A DNA stretch of 64,000 bases, taken from positions 9,610,001-9,674,000 of the forward strand of contig CP075495.1 in the NCBI GenBank assembly GCA_021613535.1. The letters run 5' to 3'. The notes beneath the pieces were generated by a model. That model was not told where the DNA came from, did not search any database, and worked only from the letters and a program-made list of their open reading frames with translations. Source of the stretch: Adineta vaga (taxonomy: Eukaryota > Animalia > Rotifera). Of this stretch, positions 40,765 through 53,800 are shown piece by piece (positions within the stretch are counted from its first letter, which is position 1; each line of letters starts with the position of its first letter). The position numbers were made by a program, and so were the translations under genes.

Positions 40765-41653
40765 AACTTTCATATAAACATAATATCATTTATTTTAATC
40801 ACGATAATATGTATCTTTTACACTTTTTTCGATTATATTTGCCCAATAAAATATGAAAATTGATTTTTCCTCGTTGATATCTATACAGTTGACAGTTTCT
40901 TTTTCAAAATACAAACACGAAGTATATTCATTTTTATATCTGATCAATATATGTTGTGAAGAGAAAGCGGTTTATTACCTATGCCTATACTAATGAGAAT
41001 ATGAAGAAAAACGAAGAGTCTTAATCACTGTATTTTTTTCTCCATACATAGTCATAGTACTCCAAATCATTCGAGCGAAACCGGTGACCGTCTTAATGCA
41101 TATATATATATATATATATACATACAAAACTATTTACACTAGTTGTTTGATTCAATCGGACAACTTACTAGTTTTTACCTTTCGTTTATATGACTGTGTC
41201 GTTTTATTATCTATACGTTATTCTTTTTTTTCTATCATTATCGTTACATCTTTCTTTCTTTCCTTCTGTCTTTTAAGTTCAATGAAAGCGTAACCAAAAA
41301 AAAACTAATAGACAAGAAAAAAGATGATGATGAAAGGCAATAGAAATTTGGATATATAACATTGATATAGAAGGCAATCATTGAACGAGCATATAATAAC
41401 TAGTAAGTTGTAAAAAGAATAGATTCTTTTTCTTTTCCTAGGTCAAAGAATAAGACCCTCGCGTGATTGAGATAGTTAAATAGTTAATCAAATAGATCGT
41501 TGGACGAAATGAAAAACAACCTGTTGGATACTTATAAAAAGAAAAGATCAGAATATGATAGGAGAATGATCATAGAGATTATATCATGCAATATAATTAA
41601 CCAATTATCTTGTTTAGTTATTTTTAGTTTATATTTTTCACATTTACCGAAAA

Positions 41654-43883
41654 ATGATGCCCGTTACTACATTCGTTAAACCAACAACTCCGGTAAGTAC
41701 GGTTTCATCAGCAGGTGGAACCACGACAACAGCTGTTCAAAGTGGACCCTATACAAAAGCTCAATGTAAGTTCATCGTCTTGGTTTTCCTTCGATTTATT
41801 AAATGATATCAAACTGGCTTTTTTCCTTCAGTTTTAAATACAATGGAAGGTTCAAGAAGTGTAAAAAATATTAAAGAAATTGAACAGTTACTTCGTGATT
41901 ATCCAGCAGCATTAGAACTGTATCGAACGAAAAAATATAAAGTTAAAGTTAAATACGAAGCTGATGTGGAACGTGTTATTCTTGTTGAAAAACGATCAAG
42001 TAAAAACGCATCCAATCATACTGCCAAATCTAGTGACCTTCAACAGAGTAAGCAATCTATACATGATTTATCAAATGAAGTCAATCAAACGAACGAAGAT
42101 ACGAAAAAACCACAGATACTCAACATGCACGTAGTCGTACCCAATCTAAAGAACGCAATGTGCCTACGACAACATCTACAACTGAAGTTAATGATGTAGT
42201 TCAAAAAACGACAAATGATAGTTCAAATCAAGCAATAGCGAATGTTCAATTAAAAGTTGATCAAAATCAAAGATCATCGAAAGAACGTGATTTGTTAACG
42301 ACATCACAATCAAAACAAGATCAAAATTGTGTTAATCATTGTGATCGATCTCATGATAGTCGATCAATTGTATCACATTCAAAACATAAAGGAAAAAAAC
42401 ATAGTCGTGATTATCCAACTGCACTTGTACCCTATGTACCGAATGCAAATCCTGCTGCTAATATGTGGCAGCAATCACGTGCGTTACAACCGTATTATAA
42501 TCATGCATTATATCAACCTCAACATCAACAATATCAATCGCAGTACTATATGCCACCAGCGCTAATGCCACCGCAAAATCCAATGTATCAACAGCCATAC
42601 TATCATCCTCATCAAGGACCTTATCCAATTGCTTATCAACAGTAAATTTAGACTCCAATTGCTAAAATCGATGTTCAGTTTTTTTTTTCTAGACAACATC
42701 ATTATCCATCAACAATACAATCAAAGTCAGCAGGAAATACTGTTAATCCAACTCTCCGTTCACCACGTAATTATCAGTCAACATCTCAGAATCCATATCC
42801 ACAAAATCAGGGTGCTAACCTTCCGCAGACTTTTCATACATTTCATCCTGCTCAACAATATTACCAAAATCCTCCAGCTGCTTTGTATCCATCACAAGTA
42901 CCTTATCAAATGCCATTTGGATGGCTACCAGGAAATAATATGCCAAATTCCAGTTGTGAATACTAATCAAAATAATACTTATAACGAAAGTCGACGAAAT
43001 TCTAAATATCGTGCTCATAGTGTTGACACAGAACCTCATGGTGTTCCACCCGTCTCAAATTATACTCAAGCACCTTACCCTCAACAACAACAACAACAAC
43101 AAAAATATCCTGCTGGTCCTGTGATTGAACAAAATCACTACCATCATCATCGACATCATACTCATCGATCACATCCAACTGATACGCAAATGCATAATAC
43201 TGCAATACCTGTAGAAGTTGTAAAACAACATAGTATTCCACAAGTACAATAGAATTCTTTCGTCTTATGTACAAAAAAAAACATTCTTCATTTTCTATCT
43301 AGACATCTGTATCAGCAGCAATTAATAATGAGAATAGCGGTGAAAAACTAACTATTCGACAACTTAATGGTTTGCCTGTTATTTTCTCGTTAGAAACGAA
43401 TTGCTTATTTTCTTTTCTACGTAGAAATATTTGTTCAAATGGATCCATCAGGTCGTTTAACATACCAAGCAGTACCCACTGTTTTACAACGTTTTGGTAT
43501 GAATATAGTAGAAAATGATTTAGTTTCTGCAGCACAAGATTTGAAATATAATGGTAATGATAATTCGAATGAATTTCTTTTTCTTTAAACTAATTCTCTT
43601 ATTATAGTTGGCGAACCAATTTCTGCTCGACGTTTAGTACATGTTTTAGTTAAATTAGGTAAAATAGCTAAATCAACAAATCAACCAAGACCACAACCTC
43701 ATGTGCCACTTGGTTCTCCTCCAATGTTACCCGAAGATCGTGAAGTAACCGATATTTTAGCACAACGTCGAGCGACTGCCGTAAGTTTTCTTTTTTTCCT
43801 AAACGAAAACTAATTTTTATTAATTTTTACAGGTTCAATCTACTCATATTCATTCATCTGCATATCCAAATTATTGGTATTAA
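41654..43883 (+). CDS. Uncharacterised P/Q/Y-rich low-complexity protein, multi-exon
   Basis: Continuous spliced frame via GT-AG introns (e.g. 42048-42115); small folded-looking N-terminal segment and C-terminal ISARRLVHVLVKLG segment; no family recognised. Confidence 0.6.
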
Positions 43884-44971
43884 TATCGCAAACATCTAAC
43901 ATAGAATAACAATGAACTAACATTTATATTCTTCTTTTCTTTTTACAATTTTAATGTGACTGTACGAATAAGCGATAGAAATAGTCTTCGAAAAAATATT
44001 AGATTACGTTAGATCATTGGCTTCTATTGACTTCTGAATATCGTTTCGTATATTCTGTAGCCACATCGATAATACTCTATTTTTCACAGAATCTACATGT
44101 ATAAAGATTGAGATCGAGCTAGTTCATCATGATAGCAAAACAAGGAATTCATACTGCAAAAAAAAATAGTTTTTTTTTTACAATCGAACCTATTTCGAGC
44201 GAATAATATAAAGAGAATTGAGTTCATAGATGATTTCTACGGATCACTGATGATGTTCTTGTAAATGAATGCTTTTTTTTTGAAAGAAAAATTTCATATT
44301 TCACACTCTTTTTTTGCAATAAGAAATACAAAGATGATTCAAACCTTTATATGACAATCAATACTGATAGATATTTCTATTCATATGTCACAGTGTAGTC
44401 CGAATAGAAGTTGAATATTTTCATGAAAATATTGATTGATATTTAAAAGAAGTTAATAGCATCGATAATTTGACATAGTATGATATTTTTTCGAACGATT
44501 TTCCACTATCGCTTATTAATTTATCTTGTTTAAAATATTATCAAATTGATGGTTTAAAAGTAAATCATCAAATTTATACAACGTTTCTTTCCTATTATCT
44601 TTTTCTTTACAAAAAACAAATGAAATTTATTCATTTATATAAATAGAATTGTGAATTACATTGTCAAATATCTCATATGAGTAACACATTCTAAAAGGTA
44701 TTCATTGATTGATTGAATGCCCGACATGCAAGATACGTTATACGAATGCATTTAAATCAATCGTTATCGTTTGATTCTTGAATGATAAACAAATCTGCTG
44801 GTATGCTTCTCTATAACATCAATTTTATTGAAAGCAATGCCTTTAAAATTTAATTGCTACTACCAATTACAAGGTATTTTTTATTCAAAAGTGATAGATT
44901 CAATACATAGAACTGAAAGACAAGATTATCTTTTAAAAATCACAATGAAATTTCGTGTTGAAGTTATAGAT

Positions 44972-45792
44972 TTAGATGCTCATTTTAATAATATTACATA
45001 ACGTCGCTAAAGTTCCACAAAACCCAACCATGAACACAGATATTTTACCAGACCATAGAAATCCTGGTATTGTCAGCCAATGAACACAATTAATCAAAAA
45101 GCAAAAGTTATTGATCAATGTTAGTATACATTTATATACGTCTGATAAAGGCATTATTAAACTAAATCAAAACAAAACATTAATTCGAATAAGAATCGTA
45201 TGGATTTCAACTAACCTTTTATCATCTTTCGTTCGTTTTGATTTTAATGATCTTCGGTATTGAATTAGTTTTAATGTATTTCTATAGAAACAAAAGCATT
45301 CTTTGTTATTTGTTGAAAAGAAAAATTACCCAATGATTGAAACAAGTATATTCGTTAACCAACATATTAATGAAACTAAACGAAAAGGTCTTGATGATCG
45401 ATTTGATCCGAAAACATTTGCTTCACATAGCCATGCTATACATTCAGCCGGATAATAAATAAGATCACATAAACTATTAACTAATGTTAAAAGTCGAGTT
45501 ATCATTGAGACGTTAAATCCTAAAGAATCAATTCATAAAAGAAAGAGAAAACGACAAAAATTACATTTTGTCCAAAACCATATTTACGAATTCTTGATAA
45601 ACAAGCAAAATAATCTAATGATCGATTCACTGTTCGACATAAACTTATTCGTGCATATAAATTCATTAGATTTTCACGCCATTTATTCGTTTCAGATAGA
45701 CAACCAGCTGTCAAACAAGTTGAATATTGTGAGAAACATAAAAAGATATTTCTCGATGTATTCAATTCCAATTGAGAAGCCAAAGTATCCAT
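44972..45792 (-). CDS. PEX11G: Peroxisomal membrane protein 11 gamma
   Basis: LASQLE..SRNIFLCFSQY, ISLCRTVNRSLD...KYGFG, CDLIYYPAECIAWLCE, INCVHWL..GFLWSGKI...VGFCGTLAT. Confidence 0.82.
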
Positions 45793-45989
45793 GAAATCAA
45801 TCTAATAATACAAAGATATGAGATTTTTCTTATATCCATTGATACCAATATCAATGTAAATAGTTGAATTTATTAACAAAAGAGAATTTTTTTACATGAG
45901 TAAATGGTGCATTAAACGAAAGAAATCAACGAATAAATAAAGTGCAAAGACACATCAGAAAAAAATCGAATTGAATCTGTCAATTGTAT

Positions 45990-48900
45990 TTAATTAGTCA
46001 ATGTTTCAATCTAAAGAAAGAATTGAACGATATTTTTCCGTTTTCAATTTGTATAGATTAGTATTTACTTCTTGAGTAACGAGTGTTTTTTTATGAAGAA
46101 ATATATCTGCTTTTTTTATTTCATTTCGTTGCCGATAATCATTGGATTCTTTATCATAACGATCGAGTAATAATTGAAGGTTTCGCACATGATCTATGAA
46201 AGAAAATTGATTCATTGATTAGAAATAGTATGTGTCAATCATACCTTGAAGAGCTTGATTTCCTCCTCGACGCAATGATTGAACTATTTCAGTACTTTGA
46301 TCTTTTAATTCTTGAAGTTTTAATCGTAATTGATCGATTTGATCCGATGAAAGATGTTCTTCTAATTGTTCAATCTAATCATAGAATACAAGTTGAATTT
46401 ATTCAAATCACTATCAATAAACAAACCTGATCTTGAAGAAGATCTGCTTCATATTTAAGTACTTGAATACTTTGTGGACCTGCGTGTAATTGACTGTCTC
46501 TTCGATTATTATCCTTCGATTCTTTTGCATCAGTTTGTCTAGATTTAAAAATAATAATGGCAAAATGGTTATACTAATCAAATAAGCACTATAAAATCAT
46601 TGTGAAAAATAACGTGTCAGTGCATTCATGCGTGAGATAAAATATCGAGAAAACTAGTTTATTCTATGAAATACCTGCTTTCTATCAGATCATTATTATT
46701 ATCAATAGTTTTTGCCAAATTTACTGCTAATAAACCTAAAGCTTCGCCTGTTGGAATAAGACGTGAAATAGTAGTAATCGTCGGTGCTGTTGATGGTGAT
46801 CTGAATTGAGAGCAAAAATTATCTATGTTGCTTATTTTCTCTTTTTAGAAAAATATATATTCACAAGAACAAGAAAATAATAATTTGATATTAATCACAT
46901 TTGAAGAGAAAGAAAGAGAGAAAGATCAGTTAATAAAACAAAAAAATATCTATGTATATTAAACAATTATTTGTATAGAATTGTTAAGGTCATTCAATGA
47001 TTGTATTGTCGATTTGTTATTTTATTTTATAAACATGTACATATTGACGATGTTGCTTTATCGTTATTCGTTGTTGGATTTGATGCGAGATGTTGACTGA
47101 AAAAATAGGATGTTCGACCAAACGATATACATATATATACAGAAGCGGGATTTAGGAGGAGAAAGACAAGTAACTCAAATGAAATAATATCGATTCCATT
47201 GATAACGAACGAACATTAGCAAAAGAAAAAGAAGCTAGGCTAAGCTAAGCAAAGTTATTCATTTTAACTTACTTTGATGTCGATGGTTTACTATTATGAG
47301 GCTAGAAGAAAAGAAAAGAAAAGAGAATTGAAAAACCAAAAATCATTAAAATTAGTTTAAGAATTACAATATCTTCAAAACGATCAATAACGAGCCAACG
47401 TTGTGGATGATACTTGCGAAGATTTTGTCGATCCAAATGCTTCTTTAATACGTATTTTAACTTCTAATTTTCCTTCGGCTTTCTTTTTATGATCATTTTC
47501 GAAAATGTCAATCGATTCATGTATGGTTGCTAGTTGTTCTAATGGAGCAGTCTTGACATATGCAACACCCAGTAAACGATCGGATCGAAGAAAACCGACT
47601 TTATAAAATATTGATAATTTCACTTCTTTTCGACTCATTAAACGTTTAAATTTATTATCATTTAGTTTTATTTGAAATTTATGTAACGAATCAGCATATT
47701 CAACAATTGCTGAACCAGTACCATGTCGTGTTCGAGCTGTTTGAGGAGTTTCAGGTGGATATGGAAATTCTGTTATAACATAAGTTTCGAGGACGATGCA
47801 GAATAACCAGATGGAACATGTAAATTTATACCACGTAGAATATTCACCTAAAAGAATGAAATTGTACATAATATTCAATATATCCATCGAATTTAAATGT
47901 CGATATGGAAAATTCTAAGAAAATTATACAAAGCATTTCTATTCGTATTTCAAAATGAGTTGCCTCTTTACACATCTTGAATTCTAATTTTCCATTGTCA
48001 ACATTAACACTTTACCTCGAAATCATTATCAGTTAAATCATTATTGACTTGAACAATATGCATTTGTCGTTTTTCATAATGAAATAGAGGTGCTTTTAAA
48101 TCATGTTGAAAACATTGTCTTAATCGTTCTAAATCATGTGCACAACGTTGTTCAAGAATTTTAAATTCATTTGCTTGTTGTACATTTATTATTCCTTCCA
48201 TTTGAGCATACATTTGTTGATTACGTGCACATAATTGCATTTGTCTTAAAAGATCCTCCTGTAAACGACGATAGATTGTATCACGATCAGCTTGTGCAAG
48301 TTCTTCAGTTAAATCATTATCGCAAATAACTTCAAAACCATTACTTGATGATTCAGATACCTACAAAGTAAAATGCTATTCATATCCTATTGATAAAATA
48401 AAAGAATCGTGACATACTTGAATCGTATCCATTGGTATATTTGATTCCGAAGAGACAATCTTTGGTTCAAGTTCTTTACAAGCAATTAAATACTTTTTAG
48501 CAGATTCAATATCACCTAAAGTTACTCAAATTAAATGTATCTGATTTTTTACAAGAAAAAAACAATATACCTTTTTGTTTAGCTTGTAGAGCAAGTTTTT
48601 GCAATTGTTCTTGTTTAAGACGAATTGATTGTACTGATTGATCGCTTTGCATAGCTAAAATAGAAATAGTTCAGACAAGAAAAACAAAGAAAATGTAATT
48701 AACTAGTTGAAGTTTTAGTTGTTGGTTGTGACATGGAACTTGCTATTTGACTAGGCCGTTGTTGCTGAGATTGAACTGATCGCGCTGGTATTGAGACTGC
48801 CGTAGCACCAGTAGCTGCTGATTGTTGTTGAGGTTTTGATTGTGCAACAGGTATTGGTGCAAAGCCAGGTAATTCGGCTAGTTCACTATAATCATATGGA

Positions 48901-50548
48901 CGACCTTTTTGTGTCGCTTCAATTGCTTCTTGATATTGCTGTTGAAGAAGACAATAAAGCAACACAATTTATATTTCAGATTAGAAAAAGAACCATAATT
49001 ACTTTTGAAAGTCGATCCATACGTCTTGCTTTCGAATTATCTCCTTTACTAATTGCATCTTGATGTCGTTTCGTTAATTCTACATGTCGTTGTTGTAAAG
49101 CTTCGAGAATAGTTCCTGGTTCAGGTGCTAACACTATAGTACAATTTATAAGTAAGAATTCGAAAATAATAAAAAGGGAATCTGTTACACACATGGCATA
49201 GATGAAGTCGCTGAATTTATCTCGTTAGGTGTATCATCAGACGTTTCCGTTTGAATAGAAACAGAAGGCATAGAAGCATTATTAGCTGTTATTCCATTTT
49301 GCAAATTCTATTGATTATATAATAAGAATTGAATGGAAGCATTTGACTAGGAAGAATACATACTTTCATTTGAATTAAATATTCTTTGGCTTTAGCAATA
49401 TCACCCTCTGTTTTCGCCTGCAAAGCTAATGTTTTCAAACGTGCAATTGCTTCATCTGAACTATTGGAAATTGATGTCGATGCTACTAATCAATGTTTAC
49501 GGCATTTGTCTAATAATAATTAAAAATAACTACTTACATTGAGTAGTAATGGGTTGATTATTTGTCGATAACGATGTCAGAGTTGATTGCTTTGCTATTA
49601 CGGGTGGTGGTGGTAGCGGCGGTGGAGAGGGATCACGCATAGCCACTTCTTGTGTAACAGATGCTGAAGTAGATCCGGAAACAAATAATGCCGGTGGAAT
49701 GTCACTTTCATTGATGGGTGCACCAGTACGAGCTGATTGAAGTAATTCTTGAATGAGCTAAACAGCAACAAATCATAGATAGGATTGTTTTCTATGCAGT
49801 AGATGGGAAAAAAATTACTTTTAGTTGACGATCAAGTCGTCTAGCTTTGGATGCATCGCCACTTGTTTTTGCTGCTTCGACAGCTTTGACATACATCTCA
49901 CGACGTGTTTCCAATACTGACAACATACTAGTATTTGCCGTTGCTAATGGTAGGGGTTGTATATTCATTTGATTTTCTGATTCAATTTCACCAGTAATTT
50001 CATGTAACTCATTCTAAAATAGAAAGGGATTACAGAATCATTGTGAAAGCAGACAATAATGAAACTTACAAGAAGATCTTCTTCATCACCTTCGGATAGC
50101 TCATCATCATTTATTGGACGATCAATATCACCAAGAAGTTTATTTACATCATTATGAAATGCTAGAAGATCTTGATTTGAACCACCTATATATGCGACAG
50201 AAAACTTTGTCATAGAAATAGAAGAAAAATAATAAAACTGCACAAACTTGGTTTCTTTTGATTAGCTTTCGGTCGTTTTGATGTATGTCCACCAATATCT
50301 CCTTGAATTTGTCTTAATTCAGCTTCGAGAGTATCATCATCATCATCATCATCATCAGCACCAATATTTGATTCATCAAAGTTTGGTATTTGAAAGCCCA
50401 TCTATAACAAAGAATATCCATATACAAAAGTTAGAGTTCAATGTCAATCATTTACCTGTTGCATTAATGCTGCACCACCTCCTCCTCCTTCTCCTCCTCC
50501 TCCTTTGGATCGTTTAGCTGGTTTGGGATTTTTAGGATTTCTGAACAT
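45990..50548 (-). CDS. CC2D1: Coiled-coil and C2 domain protein 1 (CC2D1A/B, Lgd): DM14 repeats + C2
   Basis: DM14 repeats (GDASKARRLDRQLK, GDNSKARRMDRLSK...ELAELPGFAPIP, GDIESAKKYL), C2 domain YVITEFPYPPETPQTART...KVGFLRSD...GKLEVKIRIKE, SIQVLKYE. Confidence 0.9.
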
Positions 50549-50678
50549 TATCGGCGCGTACTGAAGATAACAGTGAAAATAAGAATAAAAACTTCAGTCA
50601 GTGTCAGAAGATAATATGAGTCATATATGATCATTTAAATGGTTCTTTTTTTCAACGAATTGAATCGAGTAATTATTT

Positions 50679-50705
50679 CCAATTGGTTGACGTGGCACAA
50701 CCAAT
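50679..50705. promoter_or_regulatory. Bidirectional promoter core: CCAAT boxes flanking TGACGTGGC (UPRE/GASE-like)
   Basis: CCAATTGG-TTGACGTGGC-ACAA-CCAAT in the ~300-bp head-to-head gap between CC2D1 and TMF1. Confidence 0.5.
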
Positions 50706-50850
50706 CTTTTTCAATGGCAGACATATCAGTTTAGCATCGTCCAATATACAAATATATATATATATACATACATATTATATCTACATTGTTCTTCTCCTAT
50801 TCTTATGAACAGTATTATTTAATAAATTTTAGTTATCGGTATATAAAATC

Positions 50851-53800
50851 ATGGCTGGTTGGTTTTCTCTTGATCCAAATAAACTTAAACAAATCGCAAC
50901 AAGTACCCTAATAAATGCACAGAAACAAATCGGTAAAAAAACACATCTATCTTTCGTAAATATTTTTATTTGTTCCTGTTGAAACTTTGTATTTATTCAG
51001 ATAAAGTCCTCGATATCAAGGATGGCGCTCCCGATACTGAATCTCAATCAATTGGTAAACAAAATCATGATAAAATATTGTATTTAAAGATATTTTTCTT
51101 TTCAAAATTGTTTAGTAAATAATAATGCAGCAAGTAACATACAACCAGTAGCATCCGATGATTTCTTCTCAACATTTCTTGGTAATCAAAAACCGCCAAC
51201 ACCGATCGTAGAAAAAACAGAAGTATCAGTAGAAACTATCGAAAACGATACTTCACATCACAATTGGAATGCATGGAATCATAATAATGCGTCATCATTG
51301 GTAGAAAAAAATTGTTTTTTCTCTCTTTTCGATTTAAAAATCCATTTTATTTTTTGTTTGAAAAATTACAGATTACTTCTCAGTCGCAATCAAATGTTAT
51401 TCTCTCATCCGATGAGAATATTAATGAAGAAAATAAACTAACACCACAAGAATCTGGAGATGTACACATACCGGCATTAATACCATTAGAATCTATTGAT
51501 ACACAACAACAAATACAAGCATCATCATCGTTAGCTGAATCGTCAACAATTACAGAAAGTTCTAGTAGCGAAAGTACAAATTCATTACGTCCAACATTAA
51601 GTATTCCGTCATCTGAATCAACTGTTATTGGTACGATTTTGGAAACTAAGAATGATGAACATCAAATATTTATGCATACAAAAAATGAAAGTTCTGAATC
51701 TGATGTTGATCATTTATCACAAATCATTCCTTCGATATCCTCAGATAAACGTGATGTTATCGATTCTTGGATGAATAATAGACAAAATATCACTTCTGAG
51801 TACGTATTATCTTTGTAATAGTACTATTTATAAAACATAAGATTAATTAATTCAAGTTTTGATATCCATCAAAATAGATTTGATTTCTCATTTGTAGAAG
51901 AGTATAATTGAAAATTTTCTTATTATATCTTTCACTCAATGAAGGTAACCTCTATGTGACAGCGCTCTAGTTCTTTCCAGTGTATTCATACAAAGCGTAA
52001 CGAATACGAAATTATTAATGATGATCATTTAATGATAAACAAAGTGACGCGTCAATATTTTTTATTTTGCATCTACTTCCGACTTCGAATGATTTGTTTT
52101 GACAGGTATCGGGGTACTTTCCTTTTGCTTAAAATCGATTTTGATTGTCGATTAGGGTACAAGTATGTACAAATAGTAATGAAAAATTTGATAGTATATA
52201 AATCGCCACTCCTAGTGCTGCATTTTCAAAGCATCTCTATGAAAAGAATAATTGTTTCACTTTTTAAAAGTAAATCTATATTTAAATCTCTAGTAATGTC
52301 GAACAATCATTACGTGATATGAATGATAATGATTCATCTTCTCTATTATATACATCAGCATATCCACCTAATGAGTTTTCAACATCATCAATAATTGATG
52401 ATAATAGAACACCAACAGCAACAACTCATGATGACAAAGAACATCAACAACAGCAAGCAACTATTTCAACCGATGAAGAAGATGACAATATACTTCTTGA
52501 ACAATCGAATTCACCCACACATACAATATCATCCAATGGACATGATACCGTTCGTCTCTCTTTTGTCAAATTTCCAAATCAAACCAACACTTTATTTTCT
52601 ATTCTTCTTTCAGCATAGTAAAGATTCATCCGATGATGGTAAACATACATCATGTGCATCATCCGATATTGAAGTTATTTCATCTCCAAGTGTTACTAGT
52701 GGTTTAGCACTTAGTACAACCGAAACATTTGATAAATGTCGAGAATTACGTGATGCTCGACGACCCGTTGTACGCGAGGTTAGAAACGTCCGTTTTGTAT
52801 ATTAAATTTTTATTTCAAACGAAATCATTTCAGGTTGTTGGCCGTTTTCCAAGTCATTCAACTAATTTAAAATATCATCATCATCCAATATCAATTGATA
52901 ATATTGATAAAAATACGACATCGAATTTTGATGCATCATCATGGTCAACTTTAATTGATGAAGCAGCTACCGAACATGTGCATTATCATAATGTAATTAT
53001 ACATTATTATAAATTTTCGAAATTTTGTATTTTTATTATAGTCCAATGAAGAAAATAATGATGATGATGATTATCGACAAAGTATGTTGTACTTTTCTTG
53101 TATTATAAAGTTTTTGTAATTCGTTTTTTTTAAATATCTTGTCTATCAGAAACTTCAAAAGTATGTGATTATTCATATTATTGAATGAAATATTGTTACT
53201 TTTTGACATCAATAGGAATTAGGTGAATTAAAAGAACGATTAGAATTACGTGAACAAGCTTTTTTAAAATTAACAACAGAATCTAATGAATTACATCAGA
53301 CAAATCAATCATTAAAACAGTGACTAAACACTTCATTTTGAAGACATTATCTTCTTCGTTTTTTTCTATCAAATAGATCATTAACGGAAATTGAACAACG
53401 AACATCTCGTTTAACCAATGAATTTCAACAAACAATTGAAAATCTTTCATTGAAAATTGAAGAACAGAAATACGTTGCACAAGTAAGCGTTTTCTATCCT
53501 ATCAGTTATCAATTCTAGAGAATATTTTAATTCAGGAACGAGATCATCTACGAAAACAATATGATACATTACAAAAACAATTATCTGAAAGGTATGATTC
53601 GTAATCTTATTCAACTGATAGAAGATTCCAAAGAAAAAGAAATTTGTTTCTATCTAGTTCAACATCGACTGGCAATACAATGGCTGTATTGCGTGAAAAA
53701 GAAGAACAAATTCAACAATTACTTGAAGAAGGTGAAAAACTTTCGAAAACTCAATTAAAAGATTCAACTATAATTAAAAAATTACGAGCAAAAGAGAAAG

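Noticed and set aside
42329-43535. Overlapping alternative-frame and antisense ORFs listed in the ORF track here and over other genes
   Set aside because: Shadows of codon bias in the real spliced CDS; only the tetraspanin antisense ORF has independent family motifs
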